Shown piece by piece: positions 46,835 through 54,652 of a stretch of DNA of 64,000 nt. Origin of the DNA: an uncultured Ruminococcus sp. (GTDB taxonomy: Bacteria; Bacillota; Clostridia; Oscillospirales; Acutalibacteraceae); assembly GCA_964629445.1 (NCBI GenBank), contig CAZVSE010000001.1:9846-73845 (forward strand), given 5' to 3'. The notes beneath the pieces were generated by a model. The model did no database searches. It was not told the origin of the DNA and saw only the letters and a program-made list of their open reading frames with translations. A program made the position numbers and the translations under genes. Position 1 is the stretch's first letter, and every line of letters begins with the position of its first letter.

Positions 46835-47577
46835 TGGCTGTCTATATCGCCGCACATAAAGCTTTCGACCCCGTCGACGAGGCGGGGTACATCCCCCTCC
46901 AGGTCGGCGCGGCGGGCGGCACCGATCTACCCTACACCAAGGACAACACCGGAGAGCATATCTCCGAGAAAAACCCGCATTTCTGCGAGCTGACAGGTCT
47001 TTACTGGATCTGGAAGAATACGCAGGACGCGTACAAGGGACTGGTACACTACCGCCGCTTTTTTATGCAAGGCGGACAAGTTCTCTCCGAGCAAGCGATC
47101 CAACGCCTGCTCGCCGACAGCGACATTCTCCTGCCGCCGCGCGAGATCCTGCGCGAATCGGCGTGGCAGGAATTTTGCCTGCACAGCGGACACGAGCGTG
47201 ATCTCGTCCTGCTGCGGCAGGCAGTGGAAACAGTCGATGCCGCCTATCTGCCGAGCTTCGATCGGGTGATGGCGGGCAACCGTCTGCACCTCTATAATAT
47301 GCTCATCGCGCGGCGTGAGGTCTTCGACGCCTATTGCGAATGGCTGTTCGCGGTGCTGTTCGAACTGGAGAAGCACGTGGATATGACCGATTACACCCCG
47401 TACGAGCAACGGCTGTACGGCTTTCTGTCGGAACGCCTGCTCAATGTCTGGGTGGCGCAAAACGGGCTTGCCGTGCGCACCGTCAAGGTCAAAAACACCC
47501 AACAGACCCGTAGCCAAGCACTGCGCCTGTTTGCCCGCCGACAAAAAAATCGTCTGCTGTTTTCACTTAAAAAATAA
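46834..47577 (+). CDS. DUF4422-like protein (putative glycosyltransferase)
   Basis: MAVYIAAHKAF...YIPLQVGAAG...DNTGEHISEKNPHFCELTGLYWIWKN matches the DUF4422 signature. Confidence 0.7.
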   Translation: MAVYIAAHKAFDPVDEAGYIPLQVGAAGGTDLPYTKDNTGEHISEKNPHFCELTGLYWIWKNTQDAYKGLVHYRRFFMQGGQVLSEQAIQRLLADSDILLPPREILRESAWQEFCLHSGHERDLVLLRQAVETVDAAYLPSFDRVMAGNRLHLYNMLIARREVFDAYCEWLFAVLFELEKHVDMTDYTPYEQRLYGFLSERLLNVWVAQNGLAVRTVKVKNTQQTRSQALRLFARRQKNRLLFSLKK

Positions 47578-47605
47578 CCGCCGAAAAAGCAGGGAGGTGA
47601 TGCCC

Positions 47606-48886
47606 ATGAAACTCGGACGGCTGAATAGCAAGCCTACCGTGACGCTCGTCGCGGTGCTGGAATATGTGCTGATGCTGTTCGTTCTGCTGTATTCCAGTAT
47701 GTGGGCGTTATTTACCTCGGCGAACTGCAACACCTTTTTTCGTTTAAGCTATCCTCTACTCGCGGCTCTCATTTTTCTGCGTCTGCGCGGCAGGGCGATC
47801 CTCGCCCCGCGTTGGAAGCGACTGGTGATCGTCGCGGCGTTCCTCGCGGTATACGCGCTATGTACCCGCTACAATCCGGTGCGCTTCGGCCTGTACTATT
47901 TCATCCCACTGATTCTGCTGATGCTGTATATGGGGCTGACCGATGACCGCGGCGCGTGCATATCGCTGTTATTTAAGCTCAGCGACATCGTGACGGTGCT
48001 GTCCGTTATCTCGCTGTTCTGCTTCATCTTCGGCACCTGCCTCGGGGCGCTTCCCGGACGCAGCGTCGCCACCTATAACTGGGCAGAAGCGACCCGCACC
48101 TGCGGCACCTATTTCCACCTCTATTACGAGTCGCAGAGCATTATTTTCCTTGGACGGGATCTGGTGCGCAACTGCGGGCTGTTTATGGAAGCACCGGGCT
48201 TTGCCGTCTTCCTCGTCTATGCGGCGGCAGTGGAGATGCTGCTACGCGAAAAGCTGCGGCTGTGGCGATGCGCCATCCTCTGTGTCACCGCGCTGACCAC
48301 CTTTTCCGCAAAGGCGATTCTGCTGGTGGTGCTCATCTGCGGACTGCGGTATGTCATCCGCCGAAGCCGCACCATTCTCTCTCACCGCTTTAAGCTCGTC
48401 ATTCTGCCCGCCGTGCTCGTCGCGGTGGCGCTCGTCGCCGTCGTGCTCATCGCGGACAAGATGACCTCTGCCTCGTATTACATCCGCTTGGACGATGTGC
48501 AGGCGTGTATTAAAACCTGGTTGACCCGACCGCTCTTCGGCACGGGCTATTGGAACGATGACTCCGTTATCCCCTTCTTCACCTACGAAGGGCGGTACAA
48601 CGACGGACTGAGTATGGGCTTTGCTGTTATCCTCGCGCAGGGCGGCGTATATCTGCTGACACTGTATCTGCTTCCGATGCTGTGGTGCATCCGCCGCACT
48701 CGCGGCTTTGACCGCGCCTGCATCGCCGCCTTTTTCCTCGCCTACACAGGGCTGATGTTCATCACTAATATGCCGTATTCCTATCTGGCGTTGTTCACCA
48801 TCGCCTTTGCATTGGAATACGGGCATCGCGCACCAACAGACCGACGTATAGGAGGTACGAATTATGCCGACAGGCAACATTCGTAA
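47606..48886 (+). CDS. Polytopic membrane protein, O-antigen polymerase (Wzy)-like
   Basis: More than 10 TMs, a large loop, and a position between GT genes and the flippase. ATG at 47606, 8 nt after AGGGAGG. Family call is by context only. Confidence 0.5.
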   Translation: MKLGRLNSKPTVTLVAVLEYVLMLFVLLYSSMWALFTSANCNTFFRLSYPLLAALIFLRLRGRAILAPRWKRLVIVAAFLAVYALCTRYNPVRFGLYYFIPLILLMLYMGLTDDRGACISLLFKLSDIVTVLSVISLFCFIFGTCLGALPGRSVATYNWAEATRTCGTYFHLYYESQSIIFLGRDLVRNCGLFMEAPGFAVFLVYAAAVEMLLREKLRLWRCAILCVTALTTFSAKAILLVVLICGLRYVIRRSRTILSHRFKLVILPAVLVAVALVAVVLIADKMTSASYYIRLDDVQACIKTWLTRPLFGTGYWNDDSVIPFFTYEGRYNDGLSMGFAVILAQGGVYLLTLYLLPMLWCIRRTRGFDRACIAAFFLAYTGLMFITNMPYSYLALFTIAFALEYGHRAPTDRRIGGTNYADRQHS

Positions 48887-50312
48887 AAACTATATATACA
48901 ATTTGAGTTTTCAGATCTTCTCGCTGCTGATCCCCTTCATCACAGCGCCCTATGTTTCGCGGGTGCTGCTCCCCGAGGGGATCGGTACGTTCAGTTATGT
49001 CAACTCCATCGCCACCTATTTCTCCCTCTTTGCGGCGTTGGGACTGTCCTCCTACGGCACGCGCGAGGTGTCCCGCGTACGCGATGACCGTCAAAAGACC
49101 TCCAAACTCTTTTGGGAGCTGAGTATCCTTCGCCTACTGTCCACAGTGCTGTGTCTGGGGCTGTATCTCGCGTTTATCCTCATCACCGGCAGCGATATGC
49201 GCACCTATCTTGCCGCGGGCGTGGTCATTCTTTCCGTCGGCATCGACTGCAACTGGTTCTTCCAAGCGATGGAGAACTTTAAGGTGCTGATGGTGCGCAA
49301 TTTCCTCGTCAAGCTCATCAGCATCGTGTGCATCTTCGCGTTCGTCAACGGTCCCGAAGATCTCGTGCTGTATTTCCTTATTCAGGGCGGAGGGACCTTC
49401 CTGTCCAACATCGTCCTGCGCGCCCATCTGATCAGAGCGGTCGACTGGGTTCCCGCACGACGCTGGCGCTTTGGGCATCACATCCGTGAAACGCTGGTGT
49501 ATTTTATCCCCACCATCGCCACCTCCGTGTATACCCTGCTCGACCGCACGATGATCGGCATCATCACCAAGGATATGGCGGCGAACGGCTACTACGAGCA
49601 GGCACATAAGATCGTCAATATGCTGATGACCGTCATCACCTCACTGAATGTGGTCGTCGGCGTGCGCACCTCCTATTTGTTCGGGCAGAACAAGAAAAAG
49701 GAGATCCGTCAACATATCATCCGCACCTTCCGCTTTGTATTTATGCTGGCATTCCCGCTCGCGGCAGGGCTGATGGCGTGCGCGGCGGACTTTGTGCCGT
49801 GGTTCTACGGCGAGGGCTATGAGCCCGCCATCCCGCTGATGGTGCTGTTCGCGCCGCTTTTATTCATTATCGGCGTGAGCAACGTGCTCGGCTCCCTGTA
49901 TCTCACCCCGAGCGGTCAGCGCGCACGCAGCAACCGCGCGATCATCATCGGCGCGGTATGCAACTTCGTACTCAACCTCATTCTCATCCCGCTGTTCGGC
50001 GTGTACGGAGCAGTCATCGCCTCACTGGCGGCGGAGATCGTCATCTCTGCCTTGTATATGTCCTTCTCGGCGCGGTTTATCCCCATAGCGAGCGTTCTCG
50101 GCATCGGTCTGCGGTATCTGTTGTTGTCGGCAGGGATGTTCCTGCCGACCTACCTTGTCGGGCGCGCTCACGAGCCATCTTTTGCAACCACCCTTTTGCA
50201 GGTGGCGGTCGGCATCGTCACCTATGCGGTGCTGCTCATCGTCACGCGTGACCCCGCCTGGCTGGGTGCCAAAAACGCTTTGGTCAGGAAGTTCAAAAAA
50301 TCTTCGGAATGA
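48864..50312 (+). CDS. Oligosaccharide flippase (Wzx, MOP superfamily)
   Basis: IRKNYIYNLSFQIFSLLIPFITAPYVSRVLLPEGIGTFSY N-terminus typical of polysaccharide-biosynthesis flippases, about 14 TMs. RBS GGAGG. Confidence 0.8.
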   Translation: MPTGNIRKNYIYNLSFQIFSLLIPFITAPYVSRVLLPEGIGTFSYVNSIATYFSLFAALGLSSYGTREVSRVRDDRQKTSKLFWELSILRLLSTVLCLGLYLAFILITGSDMRTYLAAGVVILSVGIDCNWFFQAMENFKVLMVRNFLVKLISIVCIFAFVNGPEDLVLYFLIQGGGTFLSNIVLRAHLIRAVDWVPARRWRFGHHIRETLVYFIPTIATSVYTLLDRTMIGIITKDMAANGYYEQAHKIVNMLMTVITSLNVVVGVRTSYLFGQNKKKEIRQHIIRTFRFVFMLAFPLAAGLMACAADFVPWFYGEGYEPAIPLMVLFAPLLFIIGVSNVLGSLYLTPSGQRARSNRAIIIGAVCNFVLNLILIPLFGVYGAVIASLAAEIVISALYMSFSARFIPIASVLGIGLRYLLLSAGMFLPTYLVGRAHEPSFATTLLQVAVGIVTYAVLLIVTRDPAWLGAKNALVRKFKKSSE

Positions 50313-50328
50313 AAAAGGAGAAATGCTT

Positions 50329-51201
50329 ATGCAGTTAGATCCCGATTTTTTATTGGAAGAAGAGCGGTGCGGCTTTACCGTCTCCGCTGAAATGAAAAAG
50401 GTATGGGCAGCACAGCTTGATCTTCTCGAACGCTTTCAAGAGGTCTGCCACCGTCACGGGCTCAAATTCTTTGCCTCGGGCGGCACCCTACTCGGCGCTA
50501 TCCGCCACAAGGGCTATATCCCGTGGGACGACGACATCGACATTATGATGATGCGCGAGGACTACGAAAAACTACTCGTCATCGCGCCGCAGGAATTCAC
50601 CGCACCATATTTCTTCCAGACCGCGTGGAACGATAAGAAGTACAGCCGCGGTCACGCCCAACTGCGCAACAGCAACACCACCGCCATCCTGCCGTCAGAA
50701 AAAGAGCGATTCCCCTTTAACCAGGGAATCTTCATCGACATCTTTCCAACCGACGCCGTCCCCGACGACGAGGCGGCATTCGCCGCCCAGCGGAAACAAA
50801 TCAAATTCTTCGAAAAGCTGCTCAAGGTGACGGTGCGTTACCCCGCTAACCCTCACAAGACACTGATCAAAAACCTGATCCACGCCGTCGCATCGCTCAT
50901 CCCCTATCGCTGGAGCTTCAAGATGCTTGAGAAGGCGTGCACCCGCTACAACGGGCAGGGGATGAAACGCGTCGGGCTGATCAGTTTCCTCGCGGACGAC
51001 GATCGGCTCATCTTCCCCGCAGACGCATTTGAGCGCATCGAGACCGTCCCCTTTGAGAACATCACCATTGACATCCCCGCCGATTACGATACCTTGCTTA
51101 GCCATCAATACGGCGATTATATGACGATGAAGCAGGAAAACTCCTACCACGGCGGTGTCATCTTCGATACCGAGCGCAGTTACCTCGACTATCTGCGATA
51201 A
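50329..51201 (+). CDS. LicD-family phosphotransferase
   Basis: FFASGGTLLGAIRHKGYIPWDDDIDIMMMREDY is the LicD signature. ATG at 50329, 8 nt after AAAAGGAG. Confidence 0.85.
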   Translation: MQLDPDFLLEEERCGFTVSAEMKKVWAAQLDLLERFQEVCHRHGLKFFASGGTLLGAIRHKGYIPWDDDIDIMMMREDYEKLLVIAPQEFTAPYFFQTAWNDKKYSRGHAQLRNSNTTAILPSEKERFPFNQGIFIDIFPTDAVPDDEAAFAAQRKQIKFFEKLLKVTVRYPANPHKTLIKNLIHAVASLIPYRWSFKMLEKACTRYNGQGMKRVGLISFLADDDRLIFPADAFERIETVPFENITIDIPADYDTLLSHQYGDYMTMKQENSYHGGVIFDTERSYLDYLR

Positions 51202-51222
51202 TACGAAAGGACGGTTTAGGCT

Positions 51223-52620
51223 ATGGACACCTCCCCTCGCTATGAAAAAGAGGATATCCTCATCAATTTCCGTGATCTGCTCGTGCATATCCTGCGCCGT
51301 TGGCGCAGTGTGCTCATCGGTATGATCGTCATCACGCTGCTGCTCACAGGCTTTCAGTACGTCAAGGACCAAAACGCATACGAAAACGCCCTCGCCGCCC
51401 AAAAGGATGAGGTTGCGATCATCGAGCTCGACGAGGCGTCCCTCGCTAACGCCGAGCAGGTGATGCACTATCAAAGGCTGTATCAAACACAGACGGCCTA
51501 TAACCGCGACTCTCTGCTGATGCAGATCGACCCTGTCGCCGTGCCGACGCAGACCCTGTCCTATTTAATCACAGGCAAGCAGGCATATGTTACCGCGGCG
51601 ATATACCAGACCCATCTCAGCAGCCGCGAGCTGTTCGCGACCATCGCCTCTGCGGTTGCACCGCAAAATGATCCGTCGCATATCGCGGAGCTTGTCTCCA
51701 CCTGGCTGCAGTCCGACAACGGCGCAGACGCGATCGCCGATCACGTTATTCTCAACATTAAAGTGATCGCACCGACCGAGGCACTGTGCGAGAACATCGC
51801 CGCCGAGGTCAAGCTCCAAATGAACACGGTTGAGACGTCTGCCGCCGGCATCGGCGAACATACGTTGACCTTTATTGCCGAAACGGCGCAGGTGACGGTG
51901 GACAATTCTCTCAAAACCACCCAGCAGAATCATCTCAATAACTGCACCACCCTGCGCAACAACCTCAAGACCGCGCAGGATGCGCTGACAGCCAACGAGA
52001 AGGCGTACATTCAGCAGATGACCGCCCTCGACGAGGAGAACACCGCCGCCGCGCCGACACCGCCCTCTGTCAGCAAGAAGATGGTGGTGCTCGGCATCGC
52101 CGCAGGTCTGGTGCTGATGGCGGGTCTACACGCGCTCGGATATGTGTTCAGCCGTAAGGTGAAATCCCGCGAGGATTTCGCGGAGCGTTACGGGCTGTTT
52201 GTGTTCGGCAGCATCAATGCAAACGACAAAAAGCCCGCGCACCGTCTGTTCTCCAAGAAGAAGGCGGCAACGTCTGAGCAGGATGCCCTCGCACTCGCAC
52301 AGCAACAACTGATACTGGCCGTACGCGCCGCGCTCAACGAGAAAGAGAACGCCGCCGTACTCATCATCGGCAGCACGCTCGACGACAACGCCACGGTGCT
52401 GTTCGCATCCCTCAAGGAAGCGGCGGCGAAGCAGGGCATCGCACTCAATGTCCTGCCCTCGGCACTGAACGATGCGGCGGCATTCGAACAGCTCGCCGAC
52501 GCGGATGCCGTTGTGCTCGCGGAAACACTCGACGCATCCACCTACGGCGACATTTACCGTGAGTTGGAAACGTGTGAGCGCCTCGCCTGCCCCGTTCTCG
52601 GTGCGTTCATCCTGCAATAA
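51223..52620 (+). CDS. Wzz-like chain-length regulator fused to a degenerate BY-kinase-like domain
   Basis: TM1 (LIGMIVITLLLTGF), periplasm-like coiled region, TM2 (MVVLGIAAGLVLMAGL). The C-terminal domain aligns by eye with CpsD-type kinases (ADAVVLAETLDAST...CPVLGAFIL), but the P-loop position reads IIGSTLDDNAT. Confidence 0.6.
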   Translation: MDTSPRYEKEDILINFRDLLVHILRRWRSVLIGMIVITLLLTGFQYVKDQNAYENALAAQKDEVAIIELDEASLANAEQVMHYQRLYQTQTAYNRDSLLMQIDPVAVPTQTLSYLITGKQAYVTAAIYQTHLSSRELFATIASAVAPQNDPSHIAELVSTWLQSDNGADAIADHVILNIKVIAPTEALCENIAAEVKLQMNTVETSAAGIGEHTLTFIAETAQVTVDNSLKTTQQNHLNNCTTLRNNLKTAQDALTANEKAYIQQMTALDEENTAAAPTPPSVSKKMVVLGIAAGLVLMAGLHALGYVFSRKVKSREDFAERYGLFVFGSINANDKKPAHRLFSKKKAATSEQDALALAQQQLILAVRAALNEKENAAVLIIGSTLDDNATVLFASLKEAAAKQGIALNVLPSALNDAAAFEQLADADAVVLAETLDASTYGDIYRELETCERLACPVLGAFILQ

Positions 52621-52635
52621 TCGTTGTAAAAGGTT

Positions 52636-52675
52636 AAAGCCGTTTCCCTCGTTTGAGGGGAACGGCTTTTTGTTG
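52636..52675 (+). terminator. Intrinsic terminator of the glycopolymer cluster
   Basis: AAAGCCGTTTCCCTC-gttt-GAGGGGAACGGCTTT followed by TTGTTGTTT. Confidence 0.85.
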
Positions 52676-52689
52676 TTTGTGCGAACCAC

Positions 52690-52790
52690 GATCGGTGTGC
52701 TGTAGGGAACGGCCTATGTGCCGTTGCGTTTGCGGACCGACACGCAGGTCGGTCCCTACGGGAAGATTTATCATTTTGCACAAACCCTTT
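52690..52790. repeat. REP-like GC-rich hairpins
   Basis: TGTAGGGAACGGCCTATGTGCCGTTGCG (52701-52728) is the exact inverse of 34807-34834. AACGGC-ctatgt-GCCGTT and GGACCGAC-acgcag-GTCGGTCC hairpins are nested between GTAGGGA and TCCCTAC. Confidence 0.75.
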
Positions 52791-52838
52791 CGCCTCCCTT
52801 TACACAAGGGAGGCAGATCCGGTTTTCACAAATCGCTG

Positions 52839-52874
52839 AAAGGTCGTACCGTTCGAACGAACGGTACGACCTTT
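52839..52874. terminator. Bidirectional terminator downstream of the third XRE gene
   Basis: AAAGGTCGTACCGTTCG-aa-CGAACGGTACGACCTTT, a near-perfect palindrome with A/T runs on both sides. Confidence 0.75.
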
Positions 52875-52878
52875 TAGG

Positions 52879-53190
52879 TTATTTGTCATTTAGTCTTTCG
52901 GCAGTGGAAATTAAAACCGTCAAATCCGCCTCCGTCATATTGCGCGTCAAATTGTATAATTTTTGCACAAGCTGTGGCTCGGCGACATCGTCATCAAAGA
53001 ATTCTTTTGGCGTAACGCCAAGATATTCGCAAATATATAAGAATTCACTTAATGACGGCGCGGCTCTACCGGAAGAAATGCTTTGCATATAACTTTTGCT
53101 ATGCCCCAAATCCATACTCATTTTATATTCTGATACATTCTTCTTCGTTCTAAGCAGAGAAATACGCTCTCTTATAAACTGCAGATCCAT
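52879..53190 (-). CDS. XRE-family HTH regulator (103 aa)
   Basis: IRERISLLRTKKNVSEYKMSMDLGHSKSYMQSISSGRAAPSLSEFLYICEYLGVTPKEFF. ATG at 53190 after GAGGTG. Confidence 0.85.
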   Translation of the reverse strand: MDLQFIRERISLLRTKKNVSEYKMSMDLGHSKSYMQSISSGRAAPSLSEFLYICEYLGVTPKEFFDDDVAEPQLVQKLYNLTRNMTEADLTVLISTAERLNDK

Positions 53191-53225
53191 CGCACAACAC
53201 CTCACTTGAATCATTGTATAATAAT

Positions 53226-53292
53226 TTAAGCGGTAAAATTCACGATAAAACTACCGATTATAGTTGAATAATACCGTTTTTAGCGGTATAAT
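53226..53292 (+). promoter_or_regulatory. Operator-laden divergent promoter region
   Basis: AGCGGTAaAATT (53229-53240) and AGCGGTAtAATT (53281-53292). Dyad ATACCG-N7-CGGTAT (53271-53289) fills the spacer of TTGAAT (53264-53269), 17 nt, TATAAT (53287-53292). Confidence 0.6.
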
Positions 53293-53336
53293 TGTCTTGA
53301 AATTCAAAATATTATTAGTACGTTCAGAGGTGGAGT

Positions 53337-53465
53337 ATGAAAAAGGTGCTTAGCATAATTGTGATGGTGAGTTTGGTGTTTCTGCTTAGCGGTTGCGGCG
53401 AGCGGTACGTTGACGTGGCGGCTGTCAACTCGTCGGAGAGCATCTGCGCAGATGCGGTCGTGTTT
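53337..53465 (+). pseudogene. Lipoprotein signal-peptide remnant (truncated gene start)
   Basis: GAGGTGGAG RBS, then MKKVLSIIVMVSLVFLLSGC-GERY (lipobox). After about 43 codons the frame runs antisense through thiT as R/H/D/Q-rich junk (ORF-track 53337..54368). Confidence 0.4.
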
Positions 53466-54278
53466 TTATACGTTCTTTGCGCGCTTCTCCAGCAGCGCCG
53501 TCACGGCGGTCACCACCGCGCCCGCCGCGGTGACGATGCCCACCGTCAGCCAGTTGACGTTCGCCAGACCCGTGATGATAAAATCACCCGTCTCGGCATC
53601 CTGCAGATGGCGGAAGATCAGCACGATATCCACCACCGACGTCAGCGCGACAACACCCTTGGCGCACAAGCCAAGCACGAACGCGCGACCCGATACCCCC
53701 GCACTCGCGACGCGGGTAAGCCGCTCGCCGCCGACATCCAGTCCGCGGGACAGATACCACGCGCCGAGCGCCGTTACCAGCGCCTCAGGCAGCATATAGG
53801 TGGCATTATATGCGACAGAGTACAGCATCGCCGCCTCGGTCGGAATGGACAGACCCGCCCACACCGTACATCCCGAGATGACGTGGCAGACATACCGCAG
53901 AGCGCATACGAGCAGCGCGGCAGACACCAACGCCTGCCCTTGCGCACGACCCTCGCGGCGGAACACACCGCCAAGACCCAGCGCCATAAACGCCAGCACA
54001 TAATCCAGCAGAATGATGGCAACGATGGACAGCGGAGTGGAGAAATACGACAGCGTATTCATCCCGAGCAGCAGCTGCATCAGCGAGTACACAAACGCGG
54101 CGAACAAACCGAATTTGGTGCCGTGACGATAGCCGATGAGCAGTATCGGCAGGGCACTGCACGCGGTGACACTGCCGCCATACGGCAGATCGAGCAGCTT
54201 GACCATACTCAGCACCGTAGCAACGGCAATGAGCAGCGCGCCCTCCACCAGACGAAGAACGGACGATTGTTTTTTCAT
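53466..54278 (-). CDS. thiT: Thiamine ECF transporter S component with a C-terminal extension of about 90 aa
   Basis: MKKQSSVLRLVEGALLIAVATVLSMVKLLDLPYGGSVT...; TPP riboswitch upstream. 270 aa, whereas ThiT proteins as I recall them are about 180-200 aa. ATG at 54278. Confidence 0.75.
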   Translation of the reverse strand: MKKQSSVLRLVEGALLIAVATVLSMVKLLDLPYGGSVTACSALPILLIGYRHGTKFGLFAAFVYSLMQLLLGMNTLSYFSTPLSIVAIILLDYVLAFMALGLGGVFRREGRAQGQALVSAALLVCALRYVCHVISGCTVWAGLSIPTEAAMLYSVAYNATYMLPEALVTALGAWYLSRGLDVGGERLTRVASAGVSGRAFVLGLCAKGVVALTSVVDIVLIFRHLQDAETGDFIITGLANVNWLTVGIVTAAGAVVTAVTALLEKRAKNV

Positions 54279-54305
54279 ACACCTTTCTCTCCTTTGACAG
54301 TAGAA

Positions 54306-54339
54306 CAAACAAAAAAGCCCTCGTCAACGACGAAGGCTG
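54306..54339 (-). terminator. Riboswitch-controlled intrinsic terminator (expression platform)
   Basis: Minus strand AGCCUUCGUC-guu-GACGAGGGCU followed by UUUUUUG, between the TPP aptamer and the thiT RBS. Confidence 0.8.
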
Positions 54340-54359
54340 AACCGCGACCGTATATGCCG

Positions 54360-54468
54360 CGTATGTGAAAACATCCCTCCGCCGGTATTACCCGGATCAG
54401 GTCCTAGGGTTAGGCGTTCGCCCTCTCAGCCGCATTTCCACTCGCGTGGCACACAGCACCCCTTGTTT
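54360..54468 (-). promoter_or_regulatory. TPP (thiamine pyrophosphate) riboswitch
   Basis: Minus strand AGGGGUGC...GCGGCUGAGAGGGCGAACGCCUAACCCUAGGACCUGAUCCGGGUAAUACCGGCGGAGGGA. This matches the THI-box (GGGGUGC, CUGAGA, ACCUGAUC.GG.UAAU.CC.GCG.AGGGA). Confidence 0.92.
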
Positions 54469-54592
54469 GCTCTATTGAATTTTCGCGGCGCGGACCAACC
54501 GGTATCGCCGCACCACAAATCAAAGCATACGCCTTTTGTCGCCGTTTGTCAAGAGGGTTTATGCGCGAATGGGGAATTTTTCTGTCGAAGTC

Positions 54593-54621
54593 TTGCGCAC
54601 GAGAAAAAAATGTGTTACACT
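54593..54621 (+). promoter_or_regulatory. Promoter of dnaD-like/dnaI/pseudokinase genes
   Basis: TTGCGC (54593-54598), 17 nt, TGt-TACACT (54613-54621). Confidence 0.5.
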
Positions 54622-54652
54622 AATAATATCTATGTATAAAGGAGGAGAGCCA

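Noticed and set aside
53337-54368. 343-aa plus-strand ORF as a full-length protein
   Set aside because: Only the first 20-43 codons (lipoprotein signal peptide) look genuine. The rest is antisense to thiT and its riboswitch terminator and translates to R/H/D/Q-rich junk. It is kept only as a possible gene remnant.
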